Virus record (IMG/VR): IMGVR_UViG_3300037199_000067
Span: 1 to 56,423 of that record
Reading direction: 5' to 3' (one strand)
Source of the DNA: a virus
Lineage: Duplodnaviria; Caudoviricetes
DNA: 56,423 bases
Part shown: positions 46,513-56,035 of the stretch, piece by piece
Layout of the letters: every line of letters begins with the position of its first letter
Numbering within the stretch: position 1 is the first letter of the stretch
Translations under genes and position numbers: made by a program
Notes under the pieces: generated by a model
Databases searched by the model: none
Seen by the model: only the letters and a program-made list of their open reading frames with translations
What the model was told of the DNA's origin: nothing

Positions 46513-46663
46513 GCCTGCCATCCTACAAAAGCATTCGCAACTTTGCAAATATTATTTCTTGTTTCCGGTCACGCGGCGTGGTACACGTTGGTCATGGCAA
46601 AACTCAAGAGCCGTCAGATTCAAGTCCCTGGAGGGTTCCATTTTGCTCTACCCGAACTCAAGT
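46506..46663. repeat. Copy 1 of a 158-bp direct repeat (divergent promoter pair plus 5' end of the late gene)
   Basis: Near-identical to 47059-47216 (offset 553). Confidence 0.95.
46520..46587. promoter_or_regulatory. Back-to-back leaderless promoters
   Basis: Minus: TTGCAA-17-TAGGAT-7-ATG; plus: TTGTTT-17-TACACG-6-ATG; repeated at +553. Confidence 0.65.
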
Positions 46664-46668
46664 ATTAA
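46594..46668 (+). pseudogene. Truncated duplicate of the N-terminus of gene 47147
   Basis: MAKLKSRQIQVPGGFHFALPELKY*. Confidence 0.75.
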
Positions 46669-47065
46669 AGAAATCAGGGTGTTTTTGGGTTATGTGGTCA
46701 GCCAGTTGCCTGAAAGTCCGGTTGCAGCACGGACACACTCCAGCCGACGTCCGGCGCTTCATTCTGGTAACCACGCCCCTGGTGGCAGTCAGGGATGCCT
46801 CAGCGGCGTCCTTGGCAGACTTCTGGCGAGTGCACTCGGCGGCCTCCCACGCAAGCTTCTTCTCCAACTCCTTGATTCGCTTCTGGTCGTCGGATTCCTG
46901 CCACATGGTGCCCTTACCGCACGCCGGGCAATAAACCGACCCTTTGGCATCCATGACCACCCGCCGGTACAACTCGCCGGCGATTCCAAATCGAACGCCG
47001 CAGGTGTAGCACGACACCACCCGGAAGGTTTCAGTGATGGTTTCTTGAAATGTAAACATGCTCAT
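46658..47065 (-). CDS. Zn-finger/coiled-coil protein inserted between the repeats
   Basis: CYTCG, YCPACG, CPCCNRTF...H...H. Confidence 0.75.
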   Translation of the reverse strand: MSMFTFQETITETFRVVSCYTCGVRFGIAGELYRRVVMDAKGSVYCPACGKGTMWQESDDQKRIKELEKKLAWEAAECTRQKSAKDAAEASLTATRGVVTRMKRRTSAGVCPCCNRTFRQLADHITQKHPDFFNT

Positions 47066-47216
47066 GCCTGCCATCCTACAAAAGCATTCGCAACTTTGCA
47101 AATATTATTTCTTGTTTCCAGTCACGTAGCGTGGTACACGTTGGTCATGGCAAAACTCAAGAGCCGTCAGATGCAGGTGCCCGGTGGATTCCATTTTGCT
47201 CTACCTGAACTCAAGT
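47059..47216. repeat. Copy 2 of the 158-bp direct repeat
   Basis: See copy 1. Confidence 0.95.
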
Positions 47217-47839
47217 GGACCGCCCCGGCGTTCGCCTCCTTCGACACCATCGTCAATCAGGTCCAGCAACTGATTCAATCCAACCCGGACATCGCCGCCC
47301 AGAAAGGCTGGCCGACTTCGCGTGTGGCCATCGAGAACTGGGTGGACTCCTACAACGCCACCGTGTGCGAAATGAACGGCTGGACGCAGTACATACTCGA
47401 AGGCGGCGGAGGCTCCGACCCCCCAAAAACGGTTCCCCCGAACCGAAAGCTGGCAAGTGTTGCGGGGGCCGTTAGGAAAGCCGGGAGCGGCGCGGCGGTC
47501 CTCCTGGAGTGGGAGAAATCCGGACTGCCGCCAGTGGCACCGGAAGTGGCGGCGTCGCGCGCCGCCGTGTGCGTGGCCTGTCCCAAGAACGGCTCCGCTC
47601 GCCTGACCGACTGGTTCACCGTCCCGCTCTCCGAATACATCCGCAAGCAACTGGGCCGGCTCAACGAGATGAAACTGGCCACGCCCTCCGACGACAAGCT
47701 GGGCACTTGTGAAGTGTGCCTCTGTCCGCTTCCTTTGAAAGTTTGGTGCCCAAGTGAGCTGGTTCAGAAGCACCTGAGCGCCGAGGTGAAGGCTGGTCTC
47801 CCATCGCACTGCTGGATTGTCAATGAAGCCAAACCTTAA
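47147..47839 (+). CDS. Cys-rich hypothetical protein, first gene of the late arm
   Basis: CVACPKN...CEVCLCPLPLKVW...HCW. Confidence 0.75.
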   Translation: MAKLKSRQMQVPGGFHFALPELKWTAPAFASFDTIVNQVQQLIQSNPDIAAQKGWPTSRVAIENWVDSYNATVCEMNGWTQYILEGGGGSDPPKTVPPNRKLASVAGAVRKAGSGAAVLLEWEKSGLPPVAPEVAASRAAVCVACPKNGSARLTDWFTVPLSEYIRKQLGRLNEMKLATPSDDKLGTCEVCLCPLPLKVWCPSELVQKHLSAEVKAGLPSHCWIVNEAKP

Positions 47840-49226
47840 GGATGTCACCCTGCTCTGCGTGGACACCACAGAGCGTGCCGACAAGGCGATGGACGCTTTC
47901 CAGAAGTCCTCCGCGCAATGTGATTTCGGGGCGTACAAATTCCTGAATGACAGCAGCGTTGGTGGAGACTGTGCTCGCATCCCCAAGCTGGAAGGGTTGG
48001 AGGCGTACAGCCGTTTCTGTATTACGAAAATGGCCGAGCACGTCCAGACCAGCCATGTGCTGCTCATCCAGTCCGACGGGTATGTTCTCAACGGCGATGC
48101 GTGGACGGATGAGTTCCTGAAGTACGATTACATCGGCGCGCCATGGCTGCCATCTGGCGTGGTCGGCAACGGCGGGTTCTCGCTGCGGAGCCTCAAGCTG
48201 CTGATGGAATTGAGGAATATGAACCACATCTTCATTGACTCGCCACATCCAGAGGATTCCTACATCTGCATCAAGCACCGCGCTCGATTGGAGGCTCTTG
48301 GAATCAAGTTCGCGCCCTACGAGGTGGCCCGGCATTTCGCCTTCGAGGGCCGCTCGTGGAATAATGGCGTCGAATGGACCGGCGTGCCCACCCACTGGAG
48401 CGGCCAGTTTGGATTCCACTCATGGCTGACGCCGCTGCCCAAGCACATCCCGCATCCGCACATCTTCCACCACACCGGCGACTGGGGTGATGTCATCTAC
48501 TCGCTACCCACCGTGAAGGCGCTGGGTGGCGGCGTGCTGTTCCTGTCGGACGACAATCGCTTTCCATTCCCGAGGCCCAGCCGTGAGCGCGTGACCGCCG
48601 AGTGGGTGAACAACATCACCCCGCTGCTGATGGAGCAACCCTACATCGAGCGCGTTCACTACACCCATGGCCTGCCCTTCTCGACGGATTACGACCTCAA
48701 CAAGTTCCGGCTGCCCTGGAGCAAGGACGGCCCAGACGCCACCGCTCCCATCTGGAAGCTGCACCTGAAGGCGTTCGGCGTGGATTACCCGGAGGACCAG
48801 CCGTGGTTGACGGTAAGGAATCCGATCACAGTCCCTGAGCGCCCCATCATTGTGTCGCGCTCCACTCGCTACCGGAATCTGCATTTTCCGGCGATTCATC
48901 TGGCCCGCGAGTACGGCGACAAGATGCTGTTCGTGGGCACTGAAAAGGAGTTCTTCGAGCACCGCGAGTTGATGCGCTCGGTGGGCAAGAAGGCGGAATG
49001 GTATCCGACGGAGAACCTACTGGAGCTGGCCCGAGTCATCGCCGGCGGCAGGGTTTTTATTGGGAATCAGTCCGCTCCGATGGCCATTGCCATGGGCTTA
49101 AATAAGCGGGTGATTCAGGAGTGCTGGCAAGGCAATCCAAATTGCCTGTTCCGGCGGCCCAACGTGATTTACTGGGGCATCAACAGCGTGGACTACTACC
49201 AGAAGATACCAGAGGGGTGGCTGTGA
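47823..49226 (+). CDS. Glycosyltransferase fusion (DUF5672-like + GT9/GT-B-like)
   Basis: IQSDGYV...YDYIGAPW...VGNGGFSLRS...PED; HTGDWGDVIYSLP; LARVIAG..FIGNQS. Confidence 0.8.
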   Translation: MKPNLKDVTLLCVDTTERADKAMDAFQKSSAQCDFGAYKFLNDSSVGGDCARIPKLEGLEAYSRFCITKMAEHVQTSHVLLIQSDGYVLNGDAWTDEFLKYDYIGAPWLPSGVVGNGGFSLRSLKLLMELRNMNHIFIDSPHPEDSYICIKHRARLEALGIKFAPYEVARHFAFEGRSWNNGVEWTGVPTHWSGQFGFHSWLTPLPKHIPHPHIFHHTGDWGDVIYSLPTVKALGGGVLFLSDDNRFPFPRPSRERVTAEWVNNITPLLMEQPYIERVHYTHGLPFSTDYDLNKFRLPWSKDGPDATAPIWKLHLKAFGVDYPEDQPWLTVRNPITVPERPIIVSRSTRYRNLHFPAIHLAREYGDKMLFVGTEKEFFEHRELMRSVGKKAEWYPTENLLELARVIAGGRVFIGNQSAPMAIAMGLNKRVIQECWQGNPNCLFRRPNVIYWGINSVDYYQKIPEGWL

Positions 49227-49915
49227 ACCTGACCGCAGTAACGGCGACCTGCGACCGGCCCGAAGCCTTCATGCTCTGCCAGATTTGGATGGCACGGCAG
49301 ACCAAGGTACCCATGCAGTGGATTGTGCTCGACGACGGTCTCCGCCCCGCCAAATGCGTGCTGGGTCAGGAGTACATGCACTTCGCAGGCTGGCGTGGCC
49401 ACTGGAGCCTGAGCCAGAAAATCAGCCACCTGTGCAGCTCCGGCATGGTCAAAGGCGACGCCGTGGTGTTCTTCGAGGATGACGACTGGTACGCCCCCGG
49501 ATGGCTGGAATTCTGCGACCGCGAGCTGGAGCATTATGCAATGGTGGGAGAGGGCAACGCGATTTACTACAACGTGACGTACCGACGATGGTTCGGCCAT
49601 GGCAACATGGGCCACGCTTCCCTGTGCTCGACCGCCATCCGCAAGACCGAACTGCCCGCGTTACAGGAGCAGTGCAAAGACCCCAACCCCTTCCTCGACT
49701 CGCGCACCTGGGAGCGGCTGCAATGCTCAAAGCGCGTGTTCAACAACGAGCCACACAGTCTGGTTGTGGGCATCAAAGGGATGCCCGGCACGCCCGGTTA
49801 CGGCCAGGGCCATGGACCGCACGACCCCAGCTCGAAGGATGATTACGACCTGACCGTGCTCAAATCACTGGTCGGCGAGGATTACAAGGTGTACGCTACC
49901 TTCTGGAATTTATGA
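49223..49915 (+). CDS. GT2-family glycosyltransferase
   Basis: TATCDRP, WIVLDDG, FEDDDWY. Confidence 0.8.
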   Translation: MNLTAVTATCDRPEAFMLCQIWMARQTKVPMQWIVLDDGLRPAKCVLGQEYMHFAGWRGHWSLSQKISHLCSSGMVKGDAVVFFEDDDWYAPGWLEFCDRELEHYAMVGEGNAIYYNVTYRRWFGHGNMGHASLCSTAIRKTELPALQEQCKDPNPFLDSRTWERLQCSKRVFNNEPHSLVVGIKGMPGTPGYGQGHGPHDPSSKDDYDLTVLKSLVGEDYKVYATFWNL

Positions 49916-50139
49916 TGGAAATTGGAACATGGGAAGTCGAGTCCCGAAAGGTGATGACTGGCTCCGACTGGCAAATGGGGGCGGCGAGCATGATACGGAA
50001 CATGATGTCGGCCCTGGAAATAATGGAGCATCAGGTCATCGCGGAACACATTCCATTCACAACCTCGCTTGCCCAGAGGCGTGAATGGCTCACCGCCTGC
50101 CTTTACTCGTGCAACATGGAAAACTTCAAGGCAAAATGA
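49912..50139 (+). CDS. Hypothetical protein (75 aa)
   Basis: ATGA coupling at both ends. Confidence 0.55.
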   Translation: MMEIGTWEVESRKVMTGSDWQMGAASMIRNMMSALEIMEHQVIAEHIPFTTSLAQRREWLTACLYSCNMENFKAK

Positions 50140-50699
50140 GCGAAGTCGCCAAAGCGCACGGAGCCAACTGGCTCAGGCACATCGGCCATCTGGCGGGCAC
50201 GCCGGCGCGCGGTCTGGAAATCGGAACCTTCAAGGGTGAGAGCGCCGTGTGGATGTGCCAGAACATCTTCACCGGGCCGGACGCGGAGTACCTGTGCATC
50301 GACCCATTCACCGGCAACAAGGAGCACGAGGTCGGCCACATTGACTGCTCGAATCTGGAAGCCGAGGCCCGCGCCGCGCTGGCTCCGTTCCCGAAATGTA
50401 AAATCATCAAGGGGTATTCCCATGACGAGCTGATGCAATCCTTCGACTGTGAGCGGTTCGACTTCATCTACATCGACGGCAGTCACTGCGCGGGCGACGT
50501 GATGTTCGACTCCTTTCTGGCGTTCAAGATGCTCAAGATCGGCGGCATCCTGTGCTGGGACGACTACGAGTGGAACGTGTTCATGGAGCCGCTCGACCGG
50601 CCCAAAATGGCCATCGACACGTTTCTGGCCATGTGGGGGTGGAAGCTGGAAGTCATTCACAAAGGTTGGCAGGTGATGGTTCGCAAGCTGCATGAATAG
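50136..50699 (+). CDS. Class I SAM methyltransferase (Methyltransf_24-like)
   Basis: LEIGTFKGES, CIDPF, FDFIYIDGSH, GGILCWDDY. Confidence 0.9.
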   Translation: MSEVAKAHGANWLRHIGHLAGTPARGLEIGTFKGESAVWMCQNIFTGPDAEYLCIDPFTGNKEHEVGHIDCSNLEAEARAALAPFPKCKIIKGYSHDELMQSFDCERFDFIYIDGSHCAGDVMFDSFLAFKMLKIGGILCWDDYEWNVFMEPLDRPKMAIDTFLAMWGWKLEVIHKGWQVMVRKLHE

Positions 50700-51444
50700 T
50701 ATTGAGGTCCACATCCTGTGCTGCGACGAGGCTCCCATCCTCAAGTACGCGCTGCGGCACTACGCCACGTTCGCATCGAGCATAACGGTGCACGACATGG
50801 GCAGTGCCGATGGCAGCATCGAGGTGGCGCACGCCGGCGGTGCCATGGTCCGCAACTGGGATTCCAACAATCAGGTGGACGACCGGGTGAACATGCGGAT
50901 TAAAAACGAGTGCTGGCGAGGCACCGACGCCGACTGGGTGATGTGCGTGGACGCCGACGAGTTGATTTGGTTCCGTCAAGACCCGGACGTGGTGCTGACC
51001 AACTACCTCCTGAGAGGTGTGCCGCTGATTCGCCCGCGTGGCTACGAGATGACCTCCGAGGAATACCCCACCACCGAGCATCAGATTTATGACGAGGTGA
51101 AGTACGGCGCACGCGACGACCACTGGTACGCCAAGCCGTGCATCTTCAGCCCGCTGCTCGTGCGTGAGGTGAACTTCGCCCCCGGCGCGCACGATGTGGC
51201 GGCGACCCTCAAGGGCGGCGAGGTGCTGCGCGGTGAGGTGCAGCCCATCGCCGACGCGGTTTACCTGTTGCATTTTCACCAAATCGGCCCTATTGAAAGG
51301 ATTGCAGAAAAGTACGACCGGACGCGCTCGCGGATGTGCCAGGCCAACGTCGAGCACCGCTGGGGAAACTTTGAACCCGGAATCAAACATGCAACCGACA
51401 AGCGCAACGCCATCAACTCCCGGCTGGAAAGGGTCATACCGTGA
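50692..51444 (+). CDS. GT-A/GT2-like glycosyltransferase
   Basis: VHDMGSADGS, DWVMCVDADEL, LLHF. Confidence 0.8.
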   Translation: MNSIEVHILCCDEAPILKYALRHYATFASSITVHDMGSADGSIEVAHAGGAMVRNWDSNNQVDDRVNMRIKNECWRGTDADWVMCVDADELIWFRQDPDVVLTNYLLRGVPLIRPRGYEMTSEEYPTTEHQIYDEVKYGARDDHWYAKPCIFSPLLVREVNFAPGAHDVAATLKGGEVLRGEVQPIADAVYLLHFHQIGPIERIAEKYDRTRSRMCQANVEHRWGNFEPGIKHATDKRNAINSRLERVIP

Positions 51445-51683
51445 CTGCTGAAGCAGGAGACGAGCTGGTAAAAAGATTATTGTCTCAGTTGAGTGAACAC
51501 TTCGAGACGGCGCAAGTGCTTGTTTCATGGCAGGAAGAAGGTCGGACTAGAACGGTCTATCGAGGGTCTGGAAACATGCACGCCAGAAACGGTATGGCTC
51601 GTGACTTCCTTGATTGCGGAACCGCAGAGGAATCTGCTAAATTCATTACTCAGGCCCTGAAAGAGGATGGAGGCCAACAGTGA
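51441..51683 (+). CDS. Hypothetical protein (80 aa)
   Basis: GTGA coupling; GSGNMHARNG. Confidence 0.65.
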   Translation: MTAEAGDELVKRLLSQLSEHFETAQVLVSWQEEGRTRTVYRGSGNMHARNGMARDFLDCGTAEESAKFITQALKEDGGQQ

Positions 51684-53992
51684 AATTTGAAGACGCTGCC
51701 GCTGTGGAGGCTATTTGCTACGACATCCGCCTTGCCGACTATCCTCGCGGCAAGAATCGTCAACGGATTAACGACCTGTTCAACGGGGTCCCACCCTTCA
51801 GCGAGGAGGATGCGGAGAAGAACAACATCACCATCAACGTCAATTTCCTGGAGGGCACCGTGCTCTCCCACGACGCGCGCGCGCAGTTCTACGGCGCGTT
51901 CCTCCGGCCCGGACAATACTTCAGCGCGACCACCGACATGGGGCCTACGCACAAGCGTGACATCATCAGCCAGACGGTGACTGGGCAGATGAACAAAATC
52001 ATGAAGCGCAACATGATTTACTTCGAGACCTTCCGCAGCAAGTTCGCCATGGACGTGCTGCACGGCATCGGGCCTGCGGCTTGGCGCAACAAGCACCAAT
52101 GGTGCCCGCGCGCGGTCGGCGTCGAGGACGTGGGCATCCCGGCCAACACGCTGCTCACGATGGAGAACCTGCCGTTTTTCTACATTTACCGGAGCTTCAC
52201 TCTGCCCGAACTCATCAAGCTGACGACGGGACCGCAGGTGGATTCAGGGTGGAACAAGGAGTTGGTAAAATCGTGCATTGAGTGGCTGGATAAAGAGAGC
52301 AGCGCGCTGATGGGCAGCAACTGGCCGGAGGTCTGGAGCCCTGAGAAGATGTCTGAGCGCGTGAAGGGCGACGGCGGATTCTACGCGACCGACCAGGTAC
52401 CCACGGTGGACTGCTTCGACTTTTACTTCTGGAACGACGACGACAAGGTGCAGGGCTGGAACCGGCGCATCATCCTGGATTCGTGGTCCACCCCGCAGGC
52501 CAGCGGAGGCGTGTACAAGATGGACCGCAACAGCAAGACCGACTTCGCCCGCAACCAGTTCCTGTTCAATTCCAAAACCCGCAAGTACGCAGACAAGATT
52601 TCCGAGCTGCTCAGCTTCCAGTTTGCCGACCTGTCGGCGGTGGCCCCCTTCCGCTACCACAGCGTGCGCTCACTGGGATTCCTGGTGTACGCCGTGTGCC
52701 ACCTCCAGAACCGGATGCGCTGCAAGTTCAACGAGTCCGTGTTCGAGGGGCTGATGAATTACTACCGCGTCAAATCCATCGACGACGTGGACCGCGCGCT
52801 CAAGCTGGACCTCATCAACCGGGGATTCGTCGATGAGACCATCCAGTTCGTGCCTCAGGCCGAGCGGTGGCAAATCAACACTGAGATGATCGAACTGGGC
52901 ATGTCTCAGAACTCGAACCTCATCCAGAGCAACGGCTCGCGGTTCACGCAGCAGCCCATGAACAGCGACGGCGGCGGCCAGCGCAAGACGAAGTTGCAGG
53001 TGATGTCCGAAATCCAACAGACCACCGCGCTAGTGGCCAGCGCCTTCAATCAGGCGTACCAGTACCAGGAGCAGGAGTACCGCGAGATTGCGCGCCGCTT
53101 CTTCATCAAGAACTCCAGTGACCCCGAGGTGGTGGCGTTCCGGCTGGCCTGCCTCAAGCGCGGCGTGCCCCAGAGCGCCTTCAACATCGACGCCTGGGAC
53201 CTGCAAGCCACGCGCGTGATGGGCTCTGGTAACCAGACCATGGAGATGGCCATCGCCCAGCAACTGCTCCAGATGCGCCAGCTATTCGACCCTGAACCGC
53301 AGCGCGAGATTCTGCGCGATGTAACCTTTGCGGTTACAGGGGACCCGGACAAGGCCGCGCGCTGGGTGCCCGACCAGCCGTTGAAGATTTCCGACTCCGT
53401 GCACGACGCTCAGCTCAGCATGGGTGTGCTCATGCAGGGGCTGCCCATTGCAGTCAAGACCGGCCAGAACCATCAGGAGTGCGTCAAGGTCGCGCTGGCC
53501 GAGCTGGGTATGCTCATCCAGAACGCGGAGAAGTCCGGCGGCATGGCGAGTCCGCAGCAGATTCAGGGCTTCCAGATGGTCGCGCAGTACGTCGGGCAGC
53601 ACCTGAAAATCCTGTCCGAAGACAAGGAGAACAAGCAGTTCGTGGCTGCCGCCGCCAAGGAGCTGTCCAAACTGATGAACATGGTGCGCGCGTTCGCCCA
53701 GCGCCTTCAGGAGCAGGCCAAGAAACAGCAGCAGAGCGGCGGGCAGATGCCGCCCGAGGTTCAGGCCAAGCTCGCCGCCACCGTCATCAGCGCCAAGAGC
53801 AAGGCCGCCATCTCCGAGAAGTCGCACGCCCAGAAGACCGCCCAGCGGCAGGTGTCCTTCGAGATGGAGGAGAAGCGCAAGCAGGAGGAGTTCGCCAACG
53901 ATCAGCGGCTCAAAAACATCGAGGCCATCCATGAGCACAACCGTAACCTGCTGGCTTCCATGGGTGAGGACAACAAATCGGAGGGTGAATAA
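51680..53992 (+). CDS. Portal protein (putative, P22-like with Gln-rich C-terminal barrel)
   Basis: 770 aa; N-terminal R.RIN.LFNG.PP; long C-terminal coiled coil; upstream of scaffold/capsid on the circular map. Confidence 0.7.
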   Translation: MKFEDAAAVEAICYDIRLADYPRGKNRQRINDLFNGVPPFSEEDAEKNNITINVNFLEGTVLSHDARAQFYGAFLRPGQYFSATTDMGPTHKRDIISQTVTGQMNKIMKRNMIYFETFRSKFAMDVLHGIGPAAWRNKHQWCPRAVGVEDVGIPANTLLTMENLPFFYIYRSFTLPELIKLTTGPQVDSGWNKELVKSCIEWLDKESSALMGSNWPEVWSPEKMSERVKGDGGFYATDQVPTVDCFDFYFWNDDDKVQGWNRRIILDSWSTPQASGGVYKMDRNSKTDFARNQFLFNSKTRKYADKISELLSFQFADLSAVAPFRYHSVRSLGFLVYAVCHLQNRMRCKFNESVFEGLMNYYRVKSIDDVDRALKLDLINRGFVDETIQFVPQAERWQINTEMIELGMSQNSNLIQSNGSRFTQQPMNSDGGGQRKTKLQVMSEIQQTTALVASAFNQAYQYQEQEYREIARRFFIKNSSDPEVVAFRLACLKRGVPQSAFNIDAWDLQATRVMGSGNQTMEMAIAQQLLQMRQLFDPEPQREILRDVTFAVTGDPDKAARWVPDQPLKISDSVHDAQLSMGVLMQGLPIAVKTGQNHQECVKVALAELGMLIQNAEKSGGMASPQQIQGFQMVAQYVGQHLKILSEDKENKQFVAAAAKELSKLMNMVRAFAQRLQEQAKKQQQSGGQMPPEVQAKLAATVISAKSKAAISEKSHAQKTAQRQVSFEMEEKRKQEEFANDQRLKNIEAIHEHNRNLLASMGEDNKSEGE

Positions 53993-54309
53993 TGACGCGA
54001 GGGGGTCCACGTTATCATCCGCCCACACTTGAGTCCCTGAAGGATATCTCTGACATTCAGATTCTCAAAGCGGTCCGGATACTTGCTGGAACGCACCCAG
54101 CCCCAGATCGCACAGACCTCGTTATGATGGGGTACAGCCAATCCTTTGTGAATGACATGACCGACCGACAGGTCAGGAAGGTTGACCTGAAGCCTATCGC
54201 GGTCGGCATTCTTCACAAGTCAATCTCGGCACTCGTAAGCGAGCACAGACCAAAGGAACAAAATGAAGATAATCCTGGAGACCATTCCGCACGACAAGCA
54301 ACGGTATGA
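53992..54309 (+). CDS. Hypothetical protein
   Basis: TAATG coupling. Confidence 0.45.
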   Translation: MTRGGPRYHPPTLESLKDISDIQILKAVRILAGTHPAPDRTDLVMMGYSQSFVNDMTDRQVRKVDLKPIAVGILHKSISALVSEHRPKEQNEDNPGDHSARQATV

Positions 54310-54649
54310 AACCATCGGTGACTGGATTATTGGGCCCGACGGCACCATCCGCATCCTTGTTTCCGAACTGGGCAATGACGACTACAATTTTCTCGTCGCC
54401 CTCCACGAACTGGTTGAGGTCAAACTTTGCCAATCCCGTGGCATCACCCAGGAGCAGGTCGATAAGTTCGACATCGAGTACGAAAAGCAGAGGGAAAAGT
54501 CGTTGACCTTGGATGTTTCTGAGCCCGGCGACAGCAAGCTCGCCCCGTACCGACGGGAGCATTGTGCGGCCACCGGAATTGAGCGAATAGCGGCCTCTGA
54601 ACTGAACGTCTGCTGGGCGGATTATGAGACCGCAATCCATTCGCTTTAA
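54263..54649 (+). CDS. HExxE-motif metalloprotein-like hypothetical protein
   Basis: QRYETIGDW, VALHELVE, EPGD...APY..EH..AT..E. Confidence 0.7.
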   Translation: MKIILETIPHDKQRYETIGDWIIGPDGTIRILVSELGNDDYNFLVALHELVEVKLCQSRGITQEQVDKFDIEYEKQREKSLTLDVSEPGDSKLAPYRREHCAATGIERIAASELNVCWADYETAIHSL

Positions 54650-54651
54650 CC

Positions 54652-55932
54652 ATGAAGCATCACTCCGAAATCACCGCTGTGGTTGTGGACTTCGGCCTGT
54701 TCCCGCACGTTGCGCGCCGGCTGGCTCGTGATTTTTCAAAAGTTTACTACTGCACGCCATGGGAGGGAGCTTTCTCAGTCATCAAGGACGCCGTGGTCGG
54801 CGACGGGTATCCGGAAATCCAGTGGATTGAAAGCGTGTGGGATGCTCGGGACGCCGATTTGTTCGTTTTCCCGGACATCGGCCTGGCCTCGCTCCAGATG
54901 GAGCTGGTGCGCCAAGGCAAGGCGGTGTGGGGTGCGCGCCACGCGGACGGTCTGGAAGCGCGCCGTGGCCTGTTCCTGAAGGAAGTGGAGGCTGCCGGTC
55001 TTCCAGTGGCCAAATACACCGTCAAGCGCGGCATAACCGAGCTGCGCGCGTTTCTGGAGGAGAATTCCGACAAGTTCATCAAGGCGTCCACCTACCGGGG
55101 AAACTTCGAGACGTTCCATTTCCGGTCCATGGCTCAGGACGGTGTGGTCATCGACTCATGGGCGGTGATGCTTGGGCCCCTCAAGGAGATGGTCAAATTC
55201 TACATTCTGGACCCGATAGACTCTGTGGTGGAGGACGGGGCCGATACCTGGTGCGTGGACGGCCAGTGGCCGCAGACAGTCATGCACGCCATGGAAAACA
55301 AGGACAAGAGCCTGCTGGCCACGTTCTGCAAGATGGACGAACTCCCTGAGCCGGTCAGGCTGGTGAATGAGAAGTTCGGCCCGATTCTGGAGAAGTACGG
55401 CTACCGATCATTTTTCTCAACCGAGGTTCGCATCACCGAATCTGGAGAAGGATTCTTCATCGACCCCACCTGCCGCGCCGGCAGCCCGCCGTCACAACTC
55501 CAGACTGAGATGATTGGGAACCTCGGTGAAATTGTCTGGGGTGGCGCCAATGGTCAGGTAATCGAGCCCGAGAGGGTCACGAAGTTTGGTGTTCAGGCCA
55601 TCTTCCACGTCGCCCGAGATGACTGGGAGGTGCTCAAAATACCTCCAGAAATCGAGCAGTTCGTGAAGGTGGGGTTCTCCTGCATGGTGGACGGAAATAT
55701 CTGCGTTCCCCCGGACAAGGAAGGCGTCTGTGAAATTGGCTGGGTGCTGGGACTGGGCGGCTCGATTCAGGAGGCCATCGACCACCTCAAGGAGAACGTC
55801 GAACAGATGCCCTGTGGCGTCGAGGTACGAATCGACACGGTGGATGAGCTGCTCAAACAGGCCAAGGAAGTGAAGTTTACGGACGAGGTGATTCCGGAGT
55901 CTATCCGGCGAAATGCGAACAATTGTTCGTAA
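54652..55932 (+). CDS. ATP-grasp ligase (PurD/GARS-like fold)
   Basis: FVFPD, LE.RR...K, FIKAS, FSTEVRI, FIDPTCRAGSPP. Confidence 0.7.
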   Translation: MKHHSEITAVVVDFGLFPHVARRLARDFSKVYYCTPWEGAFSVIKDAVVGDGYPEIQWIESVWDARDADLFVFPDIGLASLQMELVRQGKAVWGARHADGLEARRGLFLKEVEAAGLPVAKYTVKRGITELRAFLEENSDKFIKASTYRGNFETFHFRSMAQDGVVIDSWAVMLGPLKEMVKFYILDPIDSVVEDGADTWCVDGQWPQTVMHAMENKDKSLLATFCKMDELPEPVRLVNEKFGPILEKYGYRSFFSTEVRITESGEGFFIDPTCRAGSPPSQLQTEMIGNLGEIVWGGANGQVIEPERVTKFGVQAIFHVARDDWEVLKIPPEIEQFVKVGFSCMVDGNICVPPDKEGVCEIGWVLGLGGSIQEAIDHLKENVEQMPCGVEVRIDTVDELLKQAKEVKFTDEVIPESIRRNANNCS

Positions 55933-55965
55933 ACGCGGGTTGATTCGCAGTTACTTACCACAAAA

Positions 55966-55985
55966 ATAGGTACTATAGTACCTAT
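55966..55985. promoter_or_regulatory. Perfect 20-bp palindrome upstream of the groES promoter
   Basis: ATAGGTACTATAGTACCTAT; TTGACA follows at 56001. Confidence 0.55.
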
Positions 55986-56000
55986 CGGATACCATTGTTC

Positions 56001-56029
56001 TTGACAGCTCCAAACATCCCTGTTACAGA
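56001..56029 (+). promoter_or_regulatory. Leaderless promoter of groES
   Basis: TTGACA-17-(TGn)TACAGA-6-GTG. Confidence 0.55.
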
Positions 56030-56035
56030 TGGCTC

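Noticed and set aside
46506-47216. Repeat pair as a diversity-generating retroelement TR/VR
   Set aside because: No reverse transcriptase; mismatches are not adenine-specific and the repeat covers promoters.
46505-47839. 444-aa ORF in the track
   Set aside because: It runs through the promoter repeat and antisense to a real gene; the true start is ATG 47147.
54652-55932. ATP-grasp gene as a true purD auxiliary metabolic gene
   Set aside because: PurD signature motifs (e.g. GSGGREHA) are absent; only the fold-level call is supportable.
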